From positions 1 through 64,000 of the forward strand of contig OZ255726.1 of NCBI GenBank assembly GCA_965277405.1: a DNA stretch of 64,000 bases, read 5' to 3'. A program made the translations under genes and the position numbers. Positions 24,673 through 35,670 of this stretch are shown here, one piece after another. The stretch is from Gammaproteobacteria bacterium (lineage in GTDB: Bacteria; Pseudomonadota; Gammaproteobacteria; G965277405). Position 1 is the first letter of the stretch. Each line of letters starts with the position of its first letter. The notes under the pieces were generated by a model, which saw only the letters and a program-made list of their open reading frames with translations, was not told the DNA's origin and searched no databases.

Positions 24673-24811
24673 TAACTATCCTACGAAATGCCAGCACACT
24701 GTATTACTAACACCACCTGCCTTTTAAAATTACACGTTACATATCCCAAGCTTATTGCTTGGTAGTTCTGCATACACTAACGCGATGATGCGTTTTCAAA
24801 ACACCCTTACA

Positions 24812-25037
24812 GCAGCTCTGGACTAAGTCCATGATGGGCGAGACGGAGAAAAAACTATCATGATAACTTAAGCGCAGTGTGCAGATAATACTGGTGGGTA
24901 TTGTGGGTATTGCCAAGTGCCGCAACGCCGCAACGCCGCAGCGCAGCGTTTTTTCCCGTCCTTCTGTTGAATGTACTTTGGGTTTGCTGCAGCGGTACTT
25001 GCTGTGTTGCATCCCTTGGCGTATATGCTACGGCATA
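24812..25037 (+). mobile_element. Degenerate, truncated copy of IS5-derived MITE
   Basis: GCAGCTCTGGACTAAGTCCATGATGGGCGAGACGGAGAAAAAA...CCCTTGGCGTATATGCTACGGCAT matches the other MITE copies; right end is missing. Confidence 0.8.
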
Positions 25038-25114
25038 CACGATTAAAAGATGTTCATTGTCTCGGGCAGTTTTGACTGTCTACTCGCGCTGCTAGCTGCC
25101 AATTTCACAGTGGT

Positions 25115-26431
25115 TTACTCGAGCAATAGCCCTTGAATACTCGCGAGTTGTTCGGTGATCCACGTTAAAAAACGCCCTGCGTCTCCACCATTTACCGCGC
25201 GGTGATCATACGTCAACGACAGCGGCAACATTAAGCGTGGCACAAACTCATTGTTGATGTATCGTGGTTGCATCTGTGCACGCGAAACACCAACAATTGC
25301 AACTTCTGGATGGTTGATAATCGGGGTAAACCCTGTCCCACCAAGCGCGCCGAGGCTGGAAATACTAATGCAACCACCGCGCATTTGTTCGGGTTTGATG
25401 GTGCGATTTTTAGCAACGTCCGCAAGCGTGTAAACTTCACGCGCGATTTGGTAGATGGATTTATTTACGGCATCTTGTATTACTGGCACAAGCAAGCCAT
25501 TTGGCGTATCAACCGCCATTCCTACATGAATATATTGTTTGTGGTAGATGGTGTTACCAGCAATCGAAACATTAAACTGCGGAAATTCGCGCAATGCCAA
25601 CGCCGTAACTTTAATCAAAAATGGCACCACGGTTAACTTGATTCCACGCCCCAAAGCATGCGCTTTGGCTTGTTGCCGCAATGCATCTAAGCTGCTGATA
25701 TCGGCGAGGTCAAATTGGGTAACGCTCGGAACGAGCGCATTCACTTTGCACATTTGTTGCGCAGTGAGCCGTTGCATTTTGCTCATTTTGCTCTCGCTGT
25801 ATTCGCCAAATGCGCTGAAATCGAGCGGGGCATCAGCGCCATTTGTACTGCCACTCGGCGTTACGGCTGCGTGGTTGATTTTGTTGTTGACAAAGTCGTA
25901 GACATCATCTTTAACCACACGGCCCTTGCCGGCACTGCCTGCAACGTGGCTTAGATCAACCCCCATTTTTCGTGCGAGTTTGCGCACAGCAGGGCCAGCG
26001 TACACCGCCCCACTGCCTATTTGGCTGTTTGTCTGCTCGATAGCAAGCGGGGTATTAGTAATTGCCGGCGCGTGCGTAGCACTTGCTGGAGTAGTTGCTG
26101 CTGGCGCTACGGTTGCTGCTGGAATAGTTGCTGGTGGAATAGTTGCTGCTGGCGCTACGGTTGCGGGTTCAGCAGCGGCTTGCTGTGCTCGAGCGGTCGT
26201 CTTGGAAAATGTTGCGATATGGTCGCCTTGCTTGACGGTATCACCAACGTTGAATACCACTTCGTCAATCACACCAGTGCTTGGTGCTGGGACGTCCATC
26301 ACCGCCTTGTCGGTTTCAATGGTGTACATTCCTTGCTCGCGCGCAACAGTGTCTCCCACTGCAATCAGCACTTCTACAATTTCTACGGCTTCCGCAGTGC
26401 CTGGGTCTGGCATGTAAATTTTTTCACTCAT
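25115..26431 (-). CDS. aceF: Pyruvate dehydrogenase E2, dihydrolipoamide acetyltransferase (single lipoyl domain)
   Basis: Lipoyl motif IETDKAVMDVP, E3-binding YAGPAVRKLAR, catalytic YDHRAVNG; directly downstream of aceE. Confidence 0.95.
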   Translation of the reverse strand: MSEKIYMPDPGTAEAVEIVEVLIAVGDTVAREQGMYTIETDKAVMDVPAPSTGVIDEVVFNVGDTVKQGDHIATFSKTTARAQQAAAEPATVAPAATIPPATIPAATVAPAATTPASATHAPAITNTPLAIEQTNSQIGSGAVYAGPAVRKLARKMGVDLSHVAGSAGKGRVVKDDVYDFVNNKINHAAVTPSGSTNGADAPLDFSAFGEYSESKMSKMQRLTAQQMCKVNALVPSVTQFDLADISSLDALRQQAKAHALGRGIKLTVVPFLIKVTALALREFPQFNVSIAGNTIYHKQYIHVGMAVDTPNGLLVPVIQDAVNKSIYQIAREVYTLADVAKNRTIKPEQMRGGCISISSLGALGGTGFTPIINHPEVAIVGVSRAQMQPRYINNEFVPRLMLPLSLTYDHRAVNGGDAGRFLTWITEQLASIQGLLLE

Positions 26432-26439
26432 GTTTCTTC

Positions 26440-29103
26440 CTAAACGCTGACTGGATTTGGTTTTTTGGGATTGATACCGAGCTTTTTCTTTGCGGTTTGC
26501 AACTGTGCTGACGTCAAGCCGCCTGCGTCAGCAATAAGCCGTAATGCAGCCCATGCAATATGGTTGGCATCAACTTCGAAAAAGTGACGCAGGTTTGCTC
26601 TGGTATCGCTGCGTCCAAAACCATCTGTGCCTAATGCATACAATGGGGCATCAATATGGCAGCGGATGCGTTCGCTATAATTACGCACATAATCAGTGGC
26701 AACGATGACAGGAGCGGCGCTACCGCCAAATGTTTTTTGTACCAAACTCGTGCGTGGAGTGCTCGTTTCATCGAGCATATTCATGCGGTCGCAATCTTCA
26801 ATATCGCGCACAAGGTTGTTAAAACTGGTAACACTATACACATCTGCGCTGATGTTGTATTCAGCAATAAGTTGTTTCGCCGCGATTACTTCGCGCAAAA
26901 TTGCACCGCTACCCAACAAACGCACATGGTGATTTTTAGGTTTTTCAGCAATCAATTTATACACACCAGCGATGATGCCTTGCTCCGCGTCTTTTGGCAT
27001 CGCAGGATGCACATAATTTTCATTGCCGACCGTAATGTAGTAATACACATTTTCTTGCTGGTAATACATCCTCCGGATACCGTCTTGAATAATCACCGCC
27101 AGTTCAAACATATACGTTGGGTCATAGCTGGTGCAGTTTGGAATATGATTGGCTTGAATATGACTATGCCCATCTAAATGCTGCAAGCCTTCACCGGGGA
27201 GTGAGGTGCGACCTGATATAGCACCGATTAAAAAACCTTTGCTTTGCATATCGCCAGCTGCCCATGCAAAATCACCAATCCGTTGAAAACCAAACATTGA
27301 ATAAAAAATGTAAAACGGAATCATTGGTTGGTCGTTATGGACACCAGACGTTGCCGCCGCCATCCACGCGCAGAAGGAACCTGCTTCATTGATACCACAT
27401 TCTAAAATTTGACCTTGCTTATCTTCACGGTAATACATCACTTGATCTGAATCTTCTGGGGTATATTTCTGCCCTTCAGAAGTAAAGATGCCCAATTGGC
27501 GAAACATTCCCTCCATCCCAAAAGTGCGTGCTTCATCAGGCACAATTGGCACGACTAACTTACCAATGACTTTATCTTTTACCACGCTATTGAGAATGCG
27601 TACAAACGCCATTGTTGTAGAAATTGCACGTTCATTGCTGCCTTTTAACAATTTATCCATCGATGCCAGCGCGGGTACTTCGAGTTTTTGCACCTGGGTG
27701 CGTCGCGATGGAATGCATCCTCCAAGCCGTTCACGACAGCTCAGCAAGTACGTTTCTTCTTGTGATCCTTTCTCAAATTTAACAAATGGAATAGCTTCGA
27801 TGTTTTTGTCAAGAATAGGAATATCAAAACGATCGCGAAAATGTAGCAATGATTCTTTGCTGAGTTTTTTGAGTGAGTGCGCAGTATTCAGGCTTTCACC
27901 ACCCATGATTCCAGTGCCATATCCTTTGACAGTTTTTGCCAGAATAACGGTTGGTTGACCAGTGTGGTGAACGGCACTGTGATATGCCGCATACACTTTA
28001 TCGATATCATGCCCGCCACGGTTGAGGCGTAGAATATCATCGTCACTCAAATGGGCGACACGTTCTTTTAATTCAGGATATTTGCCAAAGAAATTTTCAC
28101 GGGTGTATTTGCCACCTTTGCTTTTGCACGATTGGTATTCGCCATCAACAGTTTCATCCATCAATTTTTGCAATACACCGCTGCTATCACTTTGCAATAA
28201 TGGATCCCAACGATTCCCCCAAATAACTTTTATCACATTCCAACCAGCACCACGAAAAACACCTTCAAGTTCTTGGATGATTTTACCATTGCCGCGCACT
28301 GGCCCATCGAGACGCTGTAAATTACAATTGACGACGAAAATTAGATTGTCGAGATTCTCACGCCCTGCCAGCGCAATCGACCCCAATGTCTCTGGCTCGT
28401 CCGTCTCACCATCACCAATAAAACACCAAACTTTACGTTGTTCTTTATGCACCAATTCGCGCATATTTAAATATTGCATGAACAATGCCTGATAAATTGC
28501 TTGGAGTGGACCTAGTCCCATCGATACAGTTGGAAACTGCCAATAATCGTTCATCAAATGAGGATGCGGATAAGATGATAAGCCAATTTTACCCTTATAA
28601 TTCATCGCTTCCTGGCGATAGTTGGCTAAACGTTGTTCGTCAAACCGCCCTTCTAAATATGAGCGCGCATATATTCCTGGTGCAGAGTGACCTTGGTAAA
28701 AAATCAAGTCACCCAAGCCATTCGCTTCACCTCTAAAAAAATGATTCATCCCGACTTCATACAACGTAGTAGCTGACATATACGTAGAAATATGCCCACC
28801 GATACCGTCAAAATCGGCATTTGCTCGCATCACCATAACCATCGCATTCCAGCGTAAGAACGAGCGGATACGGCGTTCCATATACGTATCGCCAGGAAAT
28901 GGTTGTTGATTGGCAACCGCAATTGTATTGCGGTATGGTGTAGTGATTGAATACGGTTTAACAATCCCCGCGTGGTCAGCTGCGCCAGCGAGCTGTTCCA
29001 GCAACGTTGCCGCGTGCTTGTTGCCTTTGTGTTGTATTACTGCTGCAAATGCTTCGAGCCACTCCTGCGACTCTAGCTGGTCATCATCAAACTGGTTATG
29101 CAC
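26440..29103 (-). CDS. aceE: Pyruvate dehydrogenase E1 (homodimeric type)
   Basis: GLSSYPHP, QFPTVSMGLGP, TPP motif GDGE...NCNLQRLDGPVRGNGKIIQELE; 887 aa, GTG start with GAGGAG RBS. Confidence 0.97.
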   Translation of the reverse strand: MHNQFDDDQLESQEWLEAFAAVIQHKGNKHAATLLEQLAGAADHAGIVKPYSITTPYRNTIAVANQQPFPGDTYMERRIRSFLRWNAMVMVMRANADFDGIGGHISTYMSATTLYEVGMNHFFRGEANGLGDLIFYQGHSAPGIYARSYLEGRFDEQRLANYRQEAMNYKGKIGLSSYPHPHLMNDYWQFPTVSMGLGPLQAIYQALFMQYLNMRELVHKEQRKVWCFIGDGETDEPETLGSIALAGRENLDNLIFVVNCNLQRLDGPVRGNGKIIQELEGVFRGAGWNVIKVIWGNRWDPLLQSDSSGVLQKLMDETVDGEYQSCKSKGGKYTRENFFGKYPELKERVAHLSDDDILRLNRGGHDIDKVYAAYHSAVHHTGQPTVILAKTVKGYGTGIMGGESLNTAHSLKKLSKESLLHFRDRFDIPILDKNIEAIPFVKFEKGSQEETYLLSCRERLGGCIPSRRTQVQKLEVPALASMDKLLKGSNERAISTTMAFVRILNSVVKDKVIGKLVVPIVPDEARTFGMEGMFRQLGIFTSEGQKYTPEDSDQVMYYREDKQGQILECGINEAGSFCAWMAAATSGVHNDQPMIPFYIFYSMFGFQRIGDFAWAAGDMQSKGFLIGAISGRTSLPGEGLQHLDGHSHIQANHIPNCTSYDPTYMFELAVIIQDGIRRMYYQQENVYYYITVGNENYVHPAMPKDAEQGIIAGVYKLIAEKPKNHHVRLLGSGAILREVIAAKQLIAEYNISADVYSVTSFNNLVRDIEDCDRMNMLDETSTPRTSLVQKTFGGSAAPVIVATDYVRNYSERIRCHIDAPLYALGTDGFGRSDTRANLRHFFEVDANHIAWAALRLIADAGGLTSAQLQTAKKKLGINPKKPNPVSV

Positions 29104-29196
29104 GCTTACTCCTCATGTATTTAATGTATTTAAAATTATAATGTAAAATTATAATGTATTGTGTCTACCAATAACATACTGCGAAATATAAATTAT

Positions 29197-29244
29197 TAAA
29201 GCCTTCTGTTATCGCTCTGGTAAAGCCTTCTGTTATCGCTCTGG
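29197..29244. repeat. Perfect 24-bp tandem duplication in the aceE/CinA-like divergent intergenic region
   Basis: TAAAGCCTTCTGTTATCGCTCTGG x2; also TAAAATTATAATG x2 at 29131-29156. Confidence 0.9.
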
Positions 29245-29397
29245 TGTATCGCTGCGAACCCGAACTTCCAAATAAAACAGCAAATACTATAACCACTTTC
29301 TAACAGAAGTCGTACTGTACAGTTTGCAAGATGCTGTCGATGAGTACAATCTAAACACGCTGTAAATACCTCGCCGATTATGCGGATCAACTGACAC

Positions 29398-30171
29398 ATG
29401 GTAATGGAGGAAAATAACTTGGTTTCTGCTGCTTTTCTATGTATTGGCAATGAAATACTCTCTGGACGGACGCAAGATGCAAATGTACGTGTGCTGGCAA
29501 AATGGTTGCGTACAAGAGGAGTACCGCTCGAACACGTGCGCATAGTGCCAGATACATACCCTGCTATTATTGATAATTTGAATGCATTACGAACCAGCCA
29601 CACCTATGTTTTCACTTCTGGTGGACTTGGCTCAACCCATGATGATATTACCACCGATGCAATAGCAAGAGCTTTTTCATTAACCGTTCATGAGCACCCT
29701 GATGCAATACAAAAAATGCTGCTATGGTATAAAGATAAAGGTGGTCTTACGCAGTCGCGGCGGCGCATGGCAAGAGTGCCTACAAGCGCTATACTGATTG
29801 GAAACGGTATTACTGGCGCACCAGGATATTGTATTGAAAATGTATTTGTTCTTGCTGGTGTCCCAGCAATTTTTGCAGTAATGCTTGACTATATTGACCC
29901 TATGATTCAACACGCAAACCCTCTCGTCTCGCAAACATTAACGGTGCTCAGCGGTGAAACACAGTTTGCTCAATTATTGGAATCACTGCAAGACAGCCAC
30001 CCAGAAGTTGAAATTGGCAGCTACCCGCAACAGAATGAAAAGCTCGGTTATTTTTCACATTTAGTTATCAGCGGCAATGACATCCAAAAAATAAAACAAG
30101 CAGCGGCAGAGATGCTTATCCGTTTTCAACAGCATGATTTTGCAATCAGTACTGATAATATTATAACCTAA
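29398..30171 (+). CDS. CinA N-terminal/molybdopterin-binding-fold protein (COG1058-type pyrophosphatase)
   Basis: IGNEILSGRTQDAN, VFTSGGLGSTHDDIT, VLAGVP, EIGSYP. Confidence 0.85.
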   Translation: MVMEENNLVSAAFLCIGNEILSGRTQDANVRVLAKWLRTRGVPLEHVRIVPDTYPAIIDNLNALRTSHTYVFTSGGLGSTHDDITTDAIARAFSLTVHEHPDAIQKMLLWYKDKGGLTQSRRRMARVPTSAILIGNGITGAPGYCIENVFVLAGVPAIFAVMLDYIDPMIQHANPLVSQTLTVLSGETQFAQLLESLQDSHPEVEIGSYPQQNEKLGYFSHLVISGNDIQKIKQAAAEMLIRFQQHDFAISTDNIIT

Positions 30172-30195
30172 GGAACCTTTGATTAAAGAAACACC

Positions 30196-31617
30196 ATGGC
30201 GACACTTGCGTATGTAAAAGATGTTTTTAAAATTGGCATTGGACCTTCAAGCTCGCATACAGTCGGACCAATGCGCGCTGCCAAACAGTTTTTAGACGAC
30301 AATTCACAACTGTTACACCACGCTGATCGCGTTCAGGCAGATTTATTTGGCTCACTCGCACTCACCGGCAAAGGCCACGCCACAGATATTGCCATCATGC
30401 TTGGGTTTAGTGGTGCACTTCCAGCAACGGTCGAAGTTGCAAAAATCGACAGCATGCTTGCACACATTCATTCCAACCAGCGCATCAATCTCAACCAAAC
30501 ACAAATAATCCACTTTAATACTGATACAGATCTGTTGTTTCACGCCAATAAAGTATTGCCAGAACATGCCAACGGCATGGTATTTAGCCTATATAATGCA
30601 GGCAAACAACTTGCTTGCGAAACATATTTCTCAGTTGGCGGTGGTCTTATTCGCACCCGCGCCGACCTTAATGACAACAGCAATGCTAACGCTAACGCTA
30701 ACGCTAACGAAGATATTCTCCACTCATTTCATACAGGCGCGCAAATGCTTGCATTGTGTCAGCGCTTTGACTGCTCGATTGCTGACTTGATGCTACGCAA
30801 CGCCGAGTACGCAGGTCTTGAAGAAACTTTAACGTACGTAGATACCATCTGGAGCACAATGCAAACATGCGTACAAAGTGGTCTCACCGCACCGCAAAAA
30901 ACGCTACCTGGAGGGCTAAATGTCAAACGTCGAGCGCCTGAGATGTATGCCATGTTGTCTGCTCCGGCCAACGACAGCCGCATTCAAACTTCGGTGGTGT
31001 TTGATTGGATTAGCTTATACGCGCTCGCAGTCAATGAAGAAAACGCAGCAGGGAAACGCGTCGTCACCGCTCCAACAAATGGTTCTGCTGGGGTAATTCC
31101 AGCGGTGATGCATTATGCCAAACAGTATTATCCAAATACTTTCACCAACGAAAAAGCCCAGCGATTTTTGTTAACTTCCTCGGCAATTGGGGTATTGTAC
31201 CAAAAAGGCGCATCTATTTCTGCGGCAGAAATGGGCTGCCAAGGCGAAATAGGCGTATCATGCTCGATGGCTGCTGCGAGTTTATGCGAGTTTCTTGGAG
31301 GAACTATTCAACAAATTGCCAACGCAGCTGAAATTGGCATGGAGCACCATCTTGGGACAACGTGCGACCCGGTGCATGGGCTGGTGCAAATCCCCTGCAT
31401 TGAACGCAATACTATGGGTGCACTAAAAGCTGTCAACGCTGCGCGCTTAGCAATTCTACGCAACGAACAGTGCGTTACTCTTGACCAAGTTATTCGAACA
31501 ATGTTTGAAACTGGCAAAGACATGTCCCACAAATACAAAGAGACAGCTCAAGGTGGTTTAGCAACCAATGTGGCAAAAACAGCATATCACATCACCTTAA
31601 ATCAAGTCGCTTGTTGA
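30196..31617 (+). CDS. sdaA: L-serine ammonia-lyase (Fe-S)
   Basis: [47 protein letters not shown]. Confidence 0.95.
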   Translation: MATLAYVKDVFKIGIGPSSSHTVGPMRAAKQFLDDNSQLLHHADRVQADLFGSLALTGKGHATDIAIMLGFSGALPATVEVAKIDSMLAHIHSNQRINLNQTQIIHFNTDTDLLFHANKVLPEHANGMVFSLYNAGKQLACETYFSVGGGLIRTRADLNDNSNANANANANEDILHSFHTGAQMLALCQRFDCSIADLMLRNAEYAGLEETLTYVDTIWSTMQTCVQSGLTAPQKTLPGGLNVKRRAPEMYAMLSAPANDSRIQTSVVFDWISLYALAVNEENAAGKRVVTAPTNGSAGVIPAVMHYAKQYYPNTFTNEKAQRFLLTSSAIGVLYQKGASISAAEMGCQGEIGVSCSMAAASLCEFLGGTIQQIANAAEIGMEHHLGTTCDPVHGLVQIPCIERNTMGALKAVNAARLAILRNEQCVTLDQVIRTMFETGKDMSHKYKETAQGGLATNVAKTAYHITLNQVAC

Positions 31618-31657
31618 TAGCGCAATGCTTTTGTGTAGTCTGACGCCTCCTTATTAG

Positions 31658-31942
31658 GTAACCTCTGATTAAGTCCATGACGGGCGAGACGGAGAAAAAA
31701 CGCTGATGATAACTAGACGCAGCACTTGATAATACTGGTGGTATTATCAAGTGCTGCAACGACGTTAGCGCAGCGTTTTTTCCTGGCCTTCTATTGAATA
31801 TATGATGGTTTGCCTACAAGCGGTACTTGCTGTGTTGCATCCCTTGGCGTATATGCTACGGCATGCGCTTAGCGGTTTGCGCCTTGCAATCATCAGCAAT
31901 TGCAGGCAAACTCGCTCCATCAGCGACTTAATCAGAGCTTCC
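31658..31942 (+). mobile_element. IS5-derived MITE (285 bp)
   Basis: TIRs GTAACCTCTGATTAAG / CTTAATCAGAGCTTCC, flanked by TTAG / TTAA. Confidence 0.9.
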
Positions 31943-31994
31943 TTAAGTATATAACATTTTCAACTGCGCCAATGCGCATGTAAAGGTATCCACA

Positions 31995-33710
31995 ATGACT
32001 ACACCCGTCAACTTTCAAGAGCTGGGACTTGCAGCACAGCTGCTTGCAGCACTCACTACAGTCGGTTATGAAACACCAACACCCATCCAAGCACAAACTA
32101 TACCGCCGCTGCTTGCAGGAAAAGATGTGCTCGGACAAGCACAAACAGGAACAGGAAAAACAGCAGCATTCGCGCTACCGCTGCTGCAACGCATCGATGC
32201 AACAATCAAGCGCCCACAAATTTTAGTCCTCGCACCAACACGAGAGTTAGCTATTCAAGTCGCAGAAGCATTCGCAACTTACGCCAGTAACAGCAAAGGG
32301 TTAATGGTGTTGCCGATTTATGGTGGTGCAGATTATCGTTCGCAGCTGCAAGGTTTACACCGCGGCGCACAAATTATTGTCGGCACTCCCGGCCGTGTGG
32401 TCGACCATATCCGTAAAGGCTCACTCAAACTCGATAGCCTCGCCCATCTTGTGCTCGATGAAGCAGATGAAATGCTGCGCATGGGGTTTATCGAAGATGT
32501 CGAATGGGTGCTCTCACAAGCGCCATCGCATATCCAAAAAGCATTATTTTCGGCAACAATGCCCAAGCAAATAAAAAAAATAACTGAAACGTATTTGCAA
32601 AACCCGGCAATTGTACGCATCGCCGAACAAAACAGAACCGCAGCAACCATAACGCAGCAATATTGGAATGTTGCTGGCACGCATAAACTCGATGCGCTCA
32701 CCAGAATTTTGGACGTATACGACTTTGACGCTGTCCTCGTTTTCGTGCGCACCAAAACAGCTACGACTGAGCTCGCTGAAAAATTGCAAGCGCGCGGCCA
32801 TGCTGCCACCGCACTCAATGGTGATATCGATCAAAAGCAGCGCCAACGCATTGTAAAACAACTCAAGGGTGGGCAGATTGATATTTTAGTTGCAACCGAC
32901 GTCGCCGCGCGTGGTCTGGACGTTGAACGCATCAGTTTGGTCGTCAACTTTGATATCCCCTACGACCCAGAAGCATATGTCCACCGCATTGGTCGCACCG
33001 GTCGCGCTGGTCGCAGTGGTATGGCTATTTTATTTGTCGCGCCACGAGAACAACGCATGTTGGCAATGATTGAACGGATGATTTCCCGCAAAATAGACCC
33101 GATTAAATTGCCATCCAAAGAAATGATTAAGCAAAAACGCGTAGAAAAAATTGGACTAGAAATTACAGCGCTGCTTTCAGACCCTAACCTGCAGTTATTT
33201 GAACAACTTGTTGAAGATTTACAACGCCACTCTGGTGCAAGTATCAACCAAGTCAGCGCAGCATTATTGCTGATGCGTGAAGGGAACAAACTTGTCAGCA
33301 AAGAAATTGAATCACCCTTACCACCAGCCGATAACCATCAACGCAATCTATCAAAAAACCACAACATCAAGAAAAACAACAATCAAGTTGCAGCAGGGAT
33401 GGCTCGCTTTCGCATACAAATCGGTCACAACAACAACCTTAAGCCCAGAGATATCGTCGCTGCAATTACCAATGCAGCAGCGCTTGAAAGCCGGCAGATT
33501 GGTCCTGTCAAAATCTATGATACCTTCTCACTCGTAGATTTGCCTGACTCCCTTCCTGAGTCAGTAATCAGCCATTGTCAAAGTATTAAAATCCATAATA
33601 AACCTATCTATCTAAGCCGCGATACCAAAGCGAAACCTGCAAGAAGGCAAAACAACCGCCCACAACGATCACGACCATCACCAGCATCACGCCACACAAA
33701 AAAACGCTGA
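31995..33710 (+). CDS. deaD: DEAD-box RNA helicase DeaD/CsdA
   Basis: Q motif GYETPTPIQ, AQTGTGKT, PTRELA, DEADEM, SAT, HRIGRTGRAG, C-terminal DbpA-type RNA-binding domain. Confidence 0.92.
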   Translation: MTTPVNFQELGLAAQLLAALTTVGYETPTPIQAQTIPPLLAGKDVLGQAQTGTGKTAAFALPLLQRIDATIKRPQILVLAPTRELAIQVAEAFATYASNSKGLMVLPIYGGADYRSQLQGLHRGAQIIVGTPGRVVDHIRKGSLKLDSLAHLVLDEADEMLRMGFIEDVEWVLSQAPSHIQKALFSATMPKQIKKITETYLQNPAIVRIAEQNRTAATITQQYWNVAGTHKLDALTRILDVYDFDAVLVFVRTKTATTELAEKLQARGHAATALNGDIDQKQRQRIVKQLKGGQIDILVATDVAARGLDVERISLVVNFDIPYDPEAYVHRIGRTGRAGRSGMAILFVAPREQRMLAMIERMISRKIDPIKLPSKEMIKQKRVEKIGLEITALLSDPNLQLFEQLVEDLQRHSGASINQVSAALLLMREGNKLVSKEIESPLPPADNHQRNLSKNHNIKKNNNQVAAGMARFRIQIGHNNNLKPRDIVAAITNAAALESRQIGPVKIYDTFSLVDLPDSLPESVISHCQSIKIHNKPIYLSRDTKAKPARRQNNRPQRSRPSPASRHTKKR

Positions 33711-33899
33711 TGTAAGCTCTAAAAATTTCAAAATCCATCAACGAAATTACTTCCCATGAGCTGCATATACTCGATAACAACAACCTCAACATTGATGTGT
33801 ATAGCTACACAACAATCTTTGCCTATTCCATATATTTGTTTTTTATAGACTAGAATATTGATGCCATCGCTATTGTTGTATGTTGATTGTTGCTGATTT

Positions 33900-35270
33900 G
33901 TGACTAAACGTTTTCCTGAGCTGCAAGAAATTATTAAGCTCCTGCTACCAATGGTGCTGACCATTACCTTGGAATTGTCGATCAGCGTCGTTGATACCAT
34001 CATGCTCGGTCAATACAGTGCAGTACATTTGGCAGCTATAGGTATTGCTTCAAGTTTATGGTTACCAGCTGGATGTTTTTTGATTGGCTCGACAATGGGA
34101 ATCACCCCTTTGATTACTCGCCACTTGCACGGACGGCAACTGCGGTTGGTCAACATATATATGTCACAAGCACTAGGAATGTGCATAGTGATTGGGATAT
34201 TAGTGAGTATCATAACAGTTACATTACTCCCGTATCTTGCTGGCGTCATGGCGACGGAAATCGAAACACGCGATGTCGCAATTGCATATTTGTATTGGTT
34301 TGCGCCGGCTATGCCAATGCTGGCTTTAGTCACAGCTTATAAAAACCTATTCGAAGCTGCTGGTAGACCATTCATTCCTTTAATATCTGTTTTTATCGGA
34401 TTATTGTTGAATATTGGCATGAACTATGTATTTATTTATGGTGCATTTGGTGTTGCAGAAATGGGTGCAGCAGGCGCTGCGTTGGCATCCTCCATATCGC
34501 TGTACTTTGCGGTGATATGTTTGTATGGCTACGATAAGTTTGTTAATCCGCGCCCGTTATTTACGCGAATAGTCATGCGGTATACGCGCAAGTTTTCATT
34601 GTTGTTCAGCATTGGTGCCCCAGCCGGTTTGGCTTTTGCATTCGAGATTTGCTTGTTTTCTTCAATGACATGGTTGATTGCTGCATTTGGTGATATTGCC
34701 CTTGGAGCAGGACAAATTGTGATGTCGTATAACTCATTGTTGTTTACCCCAATGATGGCAATGAGCTCGGTGGCGGCAATCGTCGTTGCCAAAGCCATGT
34801 CTCAAGAAAGTGTGCGCGGAGTCGCAATACGTATACGAATTATTGTGGCGTTAGGGCTTGGCTACACAACAACATGTTTTGTTGTTACCCAAATATTCTA
34901 TGATAGCATTCCGTATCTGTTTAGTAGCAATCAACAAGTGGTGACTATCGCAGCAAGTATTTTGTTGGTGTCGTCGTGGTATCAATTTCCAGACATGTTA
35001 CAAGCCGTATTGACCGGTACGCTGCGCGGGCTGCGTGATACGCGCGCTGCAATGATTGCCTTTGCGGTGTCATTGTTCGGGTTGAGCATACCATGTGGTT
35101 ATTGGCTGGCGCATTTCAGCCCTTGGGCGGCAACATTGACTGTGCGCGGGTTTTACATCGGCTTAGGGATTGGGTTAACACTGTTGGCAGGTATTCTTAT
35201 CCGGCGCTACTACGTGGTATTGCATCGATATCGAGGAATGCGCATTAGGGTGGTAAACAAAGTCGCGTAG
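33900..35270 (+). CDS. MATE-family efflux transporter (NorM-like)
   Basis: VVDTIMLGQYSAVHLAA, GAAGAALAS, LRGLRDTR; many hydrophobic segments; 456 aa. Confidence 0.88.
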   Translation: MTKRFPELQEIIKLLLPMVLTITLELSISVVDTIMLGQYSAVHLAAIGIASSLWLPAGCFLIGSTMGITPLITRHLHGRQLRLVNIYMSQALGMCIVIGILVSIITVTLLPYLAGVMATEIETRDVAIAYLYWFAPAMPMLALVTAYKNLFEAAGRPFIPLISVFIGLLLNIGMNYVFIYGAFGVAEMGAAGAALASSISLYFAVICLYGYDKFVNPRPLFTRIVMRYTRKFSLLFSIGAPAGLAFAFEICLFSSMTWLIAAFGDIALGAGQIVMSYNSLLFTPMMAMSSVAAIVVAKAMSQESVRGVAIRIRIIVALGLGYTTTCFVVTQIFYDSIPYLFSSNQQVVTIAASILLVSSWYQFPDMLQAVLTGTLRGLRDTRAAMIAFAVSLFGLSIPCGYWLAHFSPWAATLTVRGFYIGLGIGLTLLAGILIRRYYVVLHRYRGMRIRVVNKVA

Positions 35271-35374
35271 CCGATTATAAATTATGCCAGTTTAACAACA
35301 ATCGACGCATGCAACTATTGTATCCTGCTGGCGTCAGCCGCTAGCATTGCAGCTACGGACGTAAAATAAATTAG

Positions 35375-35658
35375 AGAACCTCTGATTAAGTCCATGATGG
35401 GCGAGACGGAGAAAAAACGCTGATGATAACTAGACGCAGCACTTGATAATACTGGTGGTATTATCAAGTGCTGCAACGACGTTAGCGCAGCGTTTTTTCC
35501 CGTCCTTCTGTTGAATATACTTTGGGTTTGATGGTAGCGGTACTTGCTGTGTTGCATCCCTTGGCGTATATGCTACGGCATGCGCCTGCGGAATGCGCCT
35601 TGCAATCATCAGCAATTGCCATCAAACTCGCTCCATTAGCGACTTAATCAGAGGTTCC
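35375..35658 (+). mobile_element. IS5-derived MITE (284 bp)
   Basis: TIRs AGAACCTCTGATTAAG / CTTAATCAGAGGTTCC with perfect TTAG target duplication. Confidence 0.93.
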
Positions 35659-35670
35659 TTAGGAGGTTAT

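Noticed and set aside
24752-25095. Short ORFs inside MITE copies (also 35315, 35430, 37745, 53732, 53776)
   Set aside because: They recur only because the MITE recurs, and frames and lengths differ between copies.
33900-35270. G/T-rich plus strand in the MATE gene as a sign of inversion or foreign origin
   Set aside because: Explained well enough by membrane-protein codon composition; cannot be quantified here.
35593-35670. N-terminal extensions of ribE, MFS (37591-37632) and gcvH (42464-42574) in the ORF track
   Set aside because: The extensions run through MITE/TIR sequence, and canonical starts with RBS lie downstream.
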